The notes under the pieces are model-generated. The model made no database searches and had not been told where the DNA came from. It saw only the letters and a program-made list of their open reading frames with translations. A DNA stretch of 64,000 nucleotides from the NCBI GenBank assembly GCA_000934665.2, contig JYFJ02001401.1:1-64000 (forward strand). The letters run 5' to 3'. Origin of the DNA: Catajapyx aquilonaris. Lineage: Eukaryota. Below are positions 42,091-52,491 of the stretch, piece by piece. The position numbers and the translations under genes were made by a program. The stretch's first letter is position 1, and each line of letters starts with the position of its first letter.

Positions 42091-42126
42091 GCTAATAATA
42101 TCATTTTCTCTTATTCACAGGTAAGC
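42091..42126 (+). other. Recursive splice site (ratchet point) candidate RS2, junction 42120|42121
   Basis: GCTAAT branch point (42091-42096), tract CATTTTCTCTTATTCA, then CAG|GTAAGC. There is no AG between 42066 and the acceptor. Confidence 0.7.
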
Positions 42127-45124
42127 GCCAGTCCTTCCATAAAACGGGGCTGCAAGCAGTATACGTATGTAATAAAACCTGAAGTAATATCTGTGGACTG
42201 CGTGGGGCTGGCGCCCAAAGATCCCCACTCGAAAAGTCGGTGGGGTCCTCTATACAGATCCGATAATAACTGCGGGGCGGTGTTCATAAAAGCGCGTTTC
42301 CCAGCACGACTTGGCGACTTCATACATGGGTGCATTTTCTTTTCCTCCTGTCGGGGTTTACCGTCGGTCGGAGGAGGAGGAGAGGCAGCGAGCGATCCGT
42401 GAGAGAGAGGAAAGAAAGCCCATTTGATGGGCTGCAGGGGCCAGGAGGGGAAAAATCTACAGTCTGGGAGCTGCGAGATTCGATAAAATTGCCACATCTT
42501 ACCGGCGGGGGAGTCGGATTTTTTCCTTCTTCGTCTTTCAAGGGAGGGGGGGAGGGGTTGGGGAAGGGGAAAAAGAGAAGGAAAGGGGGAGGGGTCGAAG
42601 GAGGTAATGTTCAGCTTTTCAAGGCAGAAATGAAAGTTCACTGTAGGCGATGGGAATATGGACTGGCATGGAATCACTCCCAAGGTGGGAGGAGGGGTTT
42701 GGGAAAATTGGGTTGGAAAATCCGAAATGTCGGTGTAATGGTTACCTTTTCCTGGTTTTGAGGAAAATGCAAGCTGGCAAGTTTGCTCATGCGTGATGGT
42801 AGTGTTAAAGGTGAAGTTTGTCACAGCCACAAATTAGGACACTTCGGCTGTCACCTGAATTATTTAATGGAACTGTAAGACAGCAGTTCCTCGAATTCAG
42901 TGGACATTTAAAGGGGTAGGGGGTTTGTAAATATATACAGTAAATTGCGAGGAATTGTACTGTTATGATGCACAGGGGGATCTCTAATGCATTAGTTGCG
43001 TCATGGTTAGACCACAGCTGCACTGGCTGCAATAGTGACTAACGCAATTAGCGAGTCATAGCTGTAGTCATGTGGGTGAAATTGATTTATAATGGTTAAT
43101 GCCCTACAAATCTATGGTTATGAAAGGTGACGTTGTAAAAGTCATGATTCTAGAAATTGAGCGCTGTTTTTACGTCAACGATTGCCATTGAATGAGGGCG
43201 TAATTTTGCATGCACATTATAATATTGCGCAACAATGCGTCCGATAATCCATTGATATCCTATGAACATTGTTGGTCATTTATGCGCCTTTCCATATACG
43301 TCAAACACACTGTACCGTATCTACTTTTAAATAGTTCACGTACCTTTCCGGCGATAATGCTGCATTATTCAGGGCATGCGTGTAATGTATACCTTGCATT
43401 ATGCAGTGTGTGCAGTGAATACATGAGAACTATAGTGATTCCAATATTATGCGTCCTGATGTGATGGCTGATGTCATGACATTCTCATGGTTTAAAACTA
43501 GCTTACGAGTATTACGTATATAGTAATGATTTTTAGATTCGCGTTATGATTTTTTTAACCAATTTTAGGAGCTATGCCACATTGGATGATTCTGTACAGG
43601 CTTTGGATTTTATCGGCACATTAATCAGACTCTGTGTCCCATTCGATATCGGCCATTGTGCCTGGTGCAGGCCACCAATAAAAAATCGGCTAAAAGAAGC
43701 GAGTGAATAGGTGCTTGGGATTGCAAGTTGCATCCTCACCCACGTTGAGATCGGAAGGCGATGGCCATCGCCATTTCAGCGTCTCGAATGCCTGGAAGGA
43801 ACGGAAAAGGAGAAGGAGAGAGAGAGAAAAAAAGAAGTGTAGCTCCGAGAAGACGCTTCTGCCCAAAGAAAATCCAAAAGAAAAACAGGCTTCGGTGAAG
43901 TGCCAGGATTCCCTCGCTGGGTACAAAATCAACCTCTCCTAGCTTCTTCCCCCTCAGGGTTTTTCTTCCAGGAGAAAAGGGGGTCGCGGATGACACGGTT
44001 TGGAGTGAGAGAGTCTTTTGGAAAGCATAGGAATTTTTTAATCGGCGGATAGTTTCCCTCCCCCAACTTGTCAAGTGTCGGGTTATTCCCTAAAAAATCT
44101 GCCTGGGAGCGTAATTAAATTTCTTAATGAAAGCTTAAGGTACGAAGGCGAAAGAGGAAAATTTCCGGGCTGGTTAATCCCCAGGCAACAAAAGACGAAA
44201 GCCTCCGGGATGATGGAAGAGGATGCTCTTGCTTTTGCCGGAAAATCCGGGTCATGTTGTGCAATAACCGTTCGCTTTATCGATCTCGAACGTGTCTCCA
44301 CGATGGCCAATATCGCTCCCTCATTATCGGCTAATTATTGCTCCTAACGGCATCGTGATTAGATAGAACGGATTAGCCAAGTCATGTTGCTTCAACTTTA
44401 ACGGGGATAATGGTACAATGACGGTTATTGTTATCGGATGGCAAACTTTGTTGATGATATAAGTTTGAGGTTTATCATACCTTCAGATTGTGACAGGTGC
44501 GGTTGGGTTTACTGTTCGTTCTTTTCTTTACTGAAAAATTAGGGTTAATGGTCGAAACTCGTCAAATCCCCACACCATTAGACACGGGACTAATCGAGCC
44601 GTCTAATCGAATAGCAGGGCGATTTCGGAATGTGCGAATTGGAGGGGGGGAACTTCGCATCTGCATTTTAGCAGTATTGGAAATGAGTCCTCCCCGCTGC
44701 GAATGGTCAAATGGGTGGGTGGGATGAATTTTTGGAAGGGAACGAGATGGAAGTGGGACTTGGTAATGCGAAATTTATTGCGGAAAAGAAGGCAGTTTGA
44801 GGGGCCTGGAACGGTCAATAAAGGCGATGCGCGAAGGGCGCTTTTGCGTTAGTTATGCAGCGGGCATGGCGAATTTTAAAATTCAGGTCCGCTATCAAGC
44901 CCGGCAGAGTCGGAAGTAGGCCGAAAGGAAATGGAAGGGGTGCTGGAAAAGGGGGGGAAATAATTTTTTGGAACTGGGAAGAGAAAAAAAGAGATGGGGT
45001 GAGAATTCTGTTCATGTCTGTGGGATGATATTGGGTGATGTAATTACAGTGAAAATGGCAGATAAGCTCGCAATTTCTCCAATTCGTGGCTCCTGGGCGA
45101 CTGAGTTCAGATTGATTGGTTGCG

Positions 45125-45157
45125 CCCCCCCCCCCCCCCCCCNCCCCCCACCACCCC
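45125..45157 (+). repeat. Poly-C tract containing an ambiguous base (n)
   Basis: Homopolymer with N at 45143; local assembly uncertainty. Confidence 0.9.
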
Positions 45158-48100
45158 ATTGCGGAGAAAATGGCCCAAATGAGCGATTGTGGTGCCTGAG
45201 ACCTGAGAGTAATTCGGTCCGGATTCTTTTTCCACCCCTAGAAATGCCGATATACTCTGAGACTGGCAGCAAAGTTTCCGGATAGGTTGAAAAAAAAGGA
45301 AACCCAAGGATTGCTGGTTGGCATTCCGGAAGTGTTGGGAAAGCTATTTCCTATCGATTTGGGGAGACCAGTTCAGGTCTTGACAGGGCAGCAGGGGCAC
45401 CAATTCGAAAGGAGAGTTATGCCTCACACAATTCAAGGATTCGGGGGTAGATTCGAATGATTTTGTGCAGGGAAATTCAATGCGATGTTTACTGCTTGTT
45501 TAAACACTTTTATTTTTGGCAGGGGACAATTTGTTGTGAATCTTCACGTGCGATCAATAAGCTCTAGCGTAGTGCGTTTGGTGCGTGAGTGCATACTCGG
45601 GTACGGACTATGCGGGTTTGAATGGCGGTGTCAAATATTAAAGGGCAGGGTCGTGTCAGAAATGGCAGAGGGTGTCGAGGATAACATGACTCAGTGTGAC
45701 GTGCGGTTAGGGAATGTGTGGCAGGTCGTTGACAAGTCGGTATGTCGACAAAGTCGTTGACATATTTTCTCTTGAATTCTGGCAGGAAAGCCTGTTACAT
45801 ACTGTAGTAGTGTAAGAACTAAAGGTGAATATGTTGAGAGCACACGTATACAGAAAGGATGGTTTCACGACAGCTTGATGTGCACTAGTACGTATTTCAC
45901 GTGGAAATAATTTGCACATTGCTGGGGTTATTCGTCGATTTCCCCAACTCTCAAAGCCAGTTGGCATATCAGTGCTTGACTAAATCGAGCATTTAGAGAC
46001 GGTCCTCCCTAAGAAGTTTCCTGGCAAACTTTTAGAGAAAGCATATATTTATATTTTTGTGAGGGAATTTGCCAAATTCTCCACTGCAATAAGTCAGATA
46101 GCCCGTTGGCTTTTTTTTTTATCTGAGGATATTTTCAATTTCAAGAAATGTTGTCTTGGGGCGTATAAAATGTCAGCAAAGTATTGCAATAGGAGAGACG
46201 TTGACATAGCTGGAGAGTGGGCGGAGGGAAAGCATGTGAAAATATGCCTTGTGCCCCGTTGGCAACCATTTTTGGGCTCCGGAGATAATTCGCCTGATGC
46301 ATTCGTCCCAGCAGCAAATGTCAATTTGGACCAGAGGGGTGGAAGGGAAATGGATGTCTTTTTATAGCTCACGGTGAAAGTGACTTGGATGGAATTTATG
46401 GGGTAGAAGCACTTTTTACCAGCTCAGGACGTTAGGCCTTCCCTCTCTCCCGAGTTACTACGGCACAATATTTCGCACAAAGCTCGTATACCCTCAGATA
46501 CCTGGTGAGAGGCAGAGAACTACCCTTCAGCAATTGGCTCTGTAAACGTTATGAAGGTATTTACCTGCTCAGTGGGAAGCAAATATTGGCCTGAAATATC
46601 TGACACAATTCTGGTGCTTTGGAGTCTCCAGATATGAGGTCTGGTGATGATGTGAAATAACTCATTTGACTTCTCTGCAACTCCCAGCGTATGAGCCCAT
46701 CTTTATGCATAGCGTGATTGGCACCCTGGCGGGCACAGGCTGGGAAAATGTCACGATGCTTAATGCAAGACATGCCAGACCTCCCACCCTCCACCCCTCA
46801 AATCAGCAGGAATTTAATTACGTTGCCGTGGGGTCCAAGGACACGTCGCAAGGCCCCAAATTCAGCTCTCACCTTCAAACGTCAGCAAAAATGCGGGGGG
46901 TTTCGTTCGCATTTAATTTTGGGTGTCGGGTTGAGGCTTTTATTTGTCATGTGCCAGCGCGACACCGGGCATCGAGAGCCCTTATCCTTCCTAATCGCGT
47001 GCGAAGCATGCAGATTGAATGCAGTTGGGCATAAATCCTACCCCACGATTCGGACGCGGTGGACGAGTAAATTTTGATTCCAGCCGCGGCATGTGATAAA
47101 AAGCTCACTTATCTGCAGGTGAAAGGGCCGGAAAATGCGCAGAATATTACCGGCTTCTGAACCAGCAGATCTGAAGGGAAAATGTTGAAAAGAGGATTCT
47201 ACAAAGCATGTGGTAGAACATACAAACATTTGTTAAATTATTTTTTTGAGGGGGGAGGGTATACCAGGAGGACATGAATGGACAGTACAGCATTTATAAC
47301 ATGATTTAGAGCCAGAACAACAATTTTAAAGCCATTATATAAAACAACACCATACTAATTAGTGGTAGAAGTACAGTATATCCTAATGCAAACATTTTTG
47401 CAGAAATATTATTCGCGTTGTATAGTCTACATCCTGCTTAGGTAACACATTTAATGACAATACGGGGGGGGGGGGAGAGTAATGATGCGGTGGAAAAATT
47501 GCATGTTGCATAATTTTTGAACTTGTAATGAAAATGCAATATGTTACTGATCATATTGCATGTTTTGCTGTACTTCCAACCAATATGGTCCGTATGCTTA
47601 CAATTGGTAACATTCCCTCTGTTCAGATTTTTAGTGGTAGTTGCATTCAGTGCCTGTAATTGAATCGAGCCGGGTGTTTTCTCTGGCCAGGGCGGACACA
47701 GTGTAACTCTGTGACTAATTAGACTCATAACAATGCGGATTGGCACGTATCACGCGGATGGGAAGCGTTGACCATGAGAGCAGGGAGCATGAAATCTATC
47801 CGAATAATTTGACTCGTGTCGTCACGAATGCAGTTGGGGCTTATACCCCCCAAATTGATCCGTTTCCTGCCTACCAAATAACGTCCATTGCCCATCATTA
47901 AATATTGTAATGTATTCATCTCGCTAATCTGGAAATAATTTTGTACACCATCTTTCATCATTTTATGACAACGCGTGCCTAATTAGAAGCTCGAACACTG
48001 TCTTGACATTGTACTTCCACGTCTCCTGAAGCCTTGTACTGTACTGTACATACATATAGTCGAGATGGTACACTTACAGAGGTGCATATTGTCATATAAC

Positions 48101-49244
48101 CCAACCTACTAAATTACTTGTTCAGATTGATTTTACAGCTCGCTCTGTGCATATTGACGACAGAAATCCGTAAAATATGACTCCGTATTTCCAGGCCATT
48201 ACAGTACGTGATGGGAGGCAATTTCTCGGAATTATCTGAACGCATTTCACCCGTTTATGGAGTCCTGCAACAAAATATTCCCTTTGTGGGCTCAAATCTT
48301 CTGATGATGGCAACAAGGAGTATCATTTTTTTAAAAATCCGCCTCCTCTTCTTTTTCTCTCTCTTCTGCATCCTCATCCACTATACCGGGACTTCGTTAT
48401 TGGTCTTTGCATAGCCCTAGGCACAGAAAGCACTTTTCTTTGAAACGAACTTCCATTGTACTGCTTCCAATTTCAGTGCAAGGTATCCGATTCGAAACTC
48501 GTCTAAAGAGAGGCGTCGTCGTATTTAATTCCGCGAGGAGGGGAGGTGGGTTGCGTTATGAGATTGCGAGGCAGGCGGAGGGGGGTTCATCATAGCAAAG
48601 GTGCTCTCAGGACATAATCTGAGAGCGCGAGTTCAGTAATTCCATGAGCGGCTCTGGTAATTAACCGGATCGTTTCCGGGGGTGTTCCGGAATTACCTGG
48701 CTTCCTTTTTGGGGCTGGAGACTTTGGCTACAAAATTTCCTGCTTGGGTTTGCAGGCGAGAAATGCTTCCTCTGAAGCGACTTGGGGGGAGGGACAGGGT
48801 GTGGGGGGTGATGGGGTGGGGTCCCATCATGGCGATGCCTTCATTTCGCGCTCGATTTGGCTTCACTTTGAAATCATTACCCGGCAGGGCGCGACGGGGG
48901 CCAATCGAAGACGGAATTTTCCGACTGACGTGCGATGCACCACCTTCGCTGATGCGTCTGCTGCAGGGATTACTGGTGATTCACGTGGGATATGCCTTTA
49001 CATGCGCCTCGGGTGCATCCGTTTAGTGCCAACGTTGCGTTGAATATCAAGAATTAGGCGAAGCTGGAATTTTTCTGCAGTCCTTTTCAGCATTTCTACT
49101 CACAATGGGGTCCTATAGCCTTGGTCTGGAATTTGGAAATTTTGTACACAAATAGCTCAACCATACAATGTTAACACGCATTCCACCACTTTTCAGCACC
49201 AAAATGTCAATCCTCGATAAATTATCGTGGGTTTAAAATTCTCA

Positions 49245-49510
49245 AAATGGGCGGCCGGGAGCGCATTCAGACTCCTGCCTTTTCCGGGTGACGTCATGTC
49301 GCTTTTACATATGAGCAATTTGATCAGCGATGAAACCAATAATTGTTTGGAGAGAAAGTGACAATCACGTTTACTGGCGGTCGTTCGATTCGGTGGCTAG
49401 GCGTCGTTGTTATGCGCGCTAACAAAGCAAACAAACAAAGGAACAAAGCAGCTCGGGTGCGTTCGTGTCTCTGGACCACTAGTGTTTTTTTTTTAATCGT
49501 GTGACGTCAG
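49245..49510. promoter_or_regulatory. Promoter/enhancer-like motif cluster with two full CRE sites
   Basis: TGACGTCA at 49289-49296 and 49502-49509, TTCCGG (ETS-like) next to the first, CCAAT at ~49337, GGGCGG at ~49250; CpG-rich patch. Confidence 0.4.
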
Positions 49511-50452
49511 AGGGCAATACTATACCGTGTAATTACTGCGCATATGATGCTCGAAAACTAATACGTATTTCTTCAAACAAGAAACACCGAAATTAATTAT
49601 AACATTATGACATATTTTTTTTTACATGGCTTTGCAAAATGTAGGCTAGGACACCATTGTGCTTTTTTGCGTTAGGTAGATTTGATGGCCTATACATGCA
49701 TATTGCATCAGCTGTATACATTTACAGTACCCTACACTGCTACTGGTATGTTATTACAAATTTATACTTGAAACAGTATGTGGTGAGAATGCTAATCATT
49801 GTGAGAGCTTACACGGATGTAACATTATGTACGTGGGTAAGCATTTGCGAAAGAGCCTAATTTAGGATGTTAACTATTAAAATATTAATGTTGCCATATT
49901 TCAACCATAATTTATATCCTGCATTTGGTGACTTAAATTAATTTGTTAAGGGGGCTGACCCGACACAGCCTTACAGCTGCAAAGCATTTGGTCACTGTAC
50001 TTTTTACACATTGTAATAATTTTGTTCATCGTAACATTAATATACTCGCAGACTTACAGTACTTAGCTAAAGCTAGATACACGGCCATCTGCAAAAATAC
50101 AAAAATTAGAATATCTAGCCGGGATAGATATTCTGAATTTTTTGCAGTTGGGTTTTCCGTGCAGGATTGACAGCGGCTCTGTTTTTTTTCGTTAAGAATA
50201 TCATCATCAACAACGTCTTCAACGTCTCTTTCACTGTGGATGTTTTTCATGTAACTGACAAACGTCACGGAAAAGGCGGAACGATCTGTTGCATCTGCTA
50301 ACCCAACAGTATACCCGCGTGCCTGCTCAGCATGCATCTTTAACAATGGCCCAACTGCAGAAGGGGGCGCGCCATATCCGAAAATTAGAGTGCGAATGTA
50401 GCATTTTTTCTCGTCTTTGGGTACGACCGGGTGCGGATTTTTCCTCGAAGGA

Positions 50453-50472
50453 AGAGAGAGAGAGAGAGAGAG
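50453..50472 (+). repeat. (AG)n microsatellite
   Basis: 10 dinucleotide units. Confidence 0.9.
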
Positions 50473-51949
50473 CGAAAAAAAGAGGAGAGAAATCTTTTCT
50501 CGTTACCATACAAAAGCTCCTGCGCTGTATGAATGCGAAATGGGCGTCCGATGTTGGAAAGTGCACGGTTCCCCATTGGGAATTCCTGGCAAGCACGGGG
50601 CCGTTTGCCAAATTAAAGGCAGTTTCCCACTTGGGACAGCTGTGCCTGAATGCTTCACGCCCTATGGTCAATGTGTGTGTCGACATCCGACGTTAAAGAG
50701 TCAAGAGACGGCGTCTACTGCTCCGGAGATCGTGTTTGTTCTGCGGGAGACGGAGATGCTAAGGTCTGTCTCCTGGGTCCAGAGTTGCTCCCTGGAGTTG
50801 ACAATATTTCAGTTTTTCTTTCCTCCACCTGCGTGTTTTTGTGTGCAAGGATGGTTGTGTGTGTGTATACACCTCGACAAAAGCTCCGGCGGTGGTGAGC
50901 TTTTATGGCTGTTTGCCACACAAGCAATTTCAAAATGTCGAGCAAGGCCTGCAGGGAGATGTCAACCCTGTTTGCGTCCCCCGGAGAGACCAACGGAGCA
51001 GCGTCCCAAAACGAATCGGATGCCTTGCCAAAATTTTATTTTCGAGTTTGTACACAGTACGTTTTTTTCTCTCGTTTTATTTTCTCAACGTTCCTCTTGT
51101 TCTGAACTTGAAAAACTGGCAGGTTTGACGTCGTGCTGTAATGTTGTCTCGCTTCTTTTTTCTTTATCCTGTTGGTTTTATTACCTGAAAATTTAAGAAA
51201 AACTCCAGGTGAACCGTGAACATTTTCCCGTTACATGTGGCAGAAGTGCAGCTAACATCCTGCGCCGGAGCCAAGGAAAAGTTCCGCAGTTGACAAGTTT
51301 TCATTGAATGCAGGATCCGTTGCAAACAAGTTTCAGTTTATAGTTACATGGCAGAAGTTTTCAACTTTATGTCAGGTCATGTTACTCTGAACTCTGTGGG
51401 TGGCATTAACTTTAAACCAAACCGATATTGAGAAGTTAATGATGCAAAATGTAGATTGTAGAACATTACTTTTGGCATAAAGTTCCATGATCACGTACAT
51501 GACATTTGTACGCGTTTTCCCCCTGAAATCATTTTTAAAGAAGTAGTAAAACTAAACATTTTGATGGACTTACTTTTTTATTTTATGCAGTTCATTCTTG
51601 CACTCACATGCAAAAAATTTCAGACACGTCGTAGAGCAATTAAAAGTACGACAATTAAATTACTAGCTATCACGTAAATGACAAATTTTGGAAATGCAAA
51701 TCAAATGTAACACTTGGCAAATTTATTTCTGCGAGTTTATAATGATGTCAAGGTAGAATTTTTTTACGTAGTTGAAAGAGAATCTACAGTTGTGATTTTT
51801 TTTACACTTATACATTTAAAGTCGTACTTCCCAATTTTTTAAAACTATCTATCACGTATGTGACAGAGTACAAATTACATGTGTATTTTAAGTATATTGT
51901 AGCATTTATTTGTGTAAATGGTTACACCATACACATAACAGGTGTACTA

Positions 51950-52122
51950 CAGATGAATCCGGATACAACAGCCTCGGCTATAACATACTTTTGGTTATAA
52001 GAGACTCGAAAAACCGGTCCATTTCCATAGTATGTGGCTTTTGTATTCGGCTATAACAGACCTCGGTTATAACAGACTGATTTCCGCGATCCCTTGAAGT
52101 CTGTTATATCCGGATTCAACTG
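51950..52122. mobile_element. ~173-bp MITE, Tc1/mariner-pogo-like
   Basis: TIRs CAGATGAATCCGGATACAACAG / CTGTTATATCCGGATTCAACTG (20/22 match). TA lies on the left flank (right flank is GA). Internal repeats of CGGYTATAACA type. Confidence 0.85.
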
Positions 52123-52335
52123 GACTACCTTTAGTATAACTGTAATTTGAGCAAAACTGTTTTACAAAATACAAGTTAAATAGGGTTCAGGATAAATGTA
52201 ATTATTTAAAGGTAATTACAATACCGTACTTCTAAGGCGCATAAGATTCTACCGGGCTGTAATATCTAAATAGTCATATACTTGTGTGCATCAACAGATT
52301 CACTAAAATATGACCAGTCTGCCTCAAATTATAAA

Positions 52336-52491
52336 GGCGCGTTTACATGTAAGCGATTTGATCGCGCGATGTCATCGCCGAGCGATGAATCCAATTCTTT
52401 GGGGCGAAAATCGATTGTTACCATGATTGTTACTTTCGCCCCAAACAATTGGCTTCATTGCGCGATCAAATCGTTCACATGTAAACGCACC
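52336..52491. mobile_element. ~156-bp MITE (foldback, possibly Harbinger-like)
   Basis: TIRs GGCGCGTTTACATGTAAGCGATTTGATCGCGCGATG / CATTGCGCGATCAAATCGTTCACATGTAAACGCACC (32/36 match), plus an inner inverted pair TTTGGGGCGAAA / TTTCGCCCCAAA. TSD not clear. Confidence 0.8.

Noticed and set aside
42111..42830. 239-aa minus-strand ORF
   Set aside because: Kept open by low-complexity C/T-rich sequence antisense to G/A tracts; no domain; overlaps RS2 antisense.
50417..51196. Longest ORF in the track (259 aa, + strand)
   Set aside because: Non-ATG start, runs through an (AG)n microsatellite and T-tracts, has no recognisable domain and no convincing splice boundaries.
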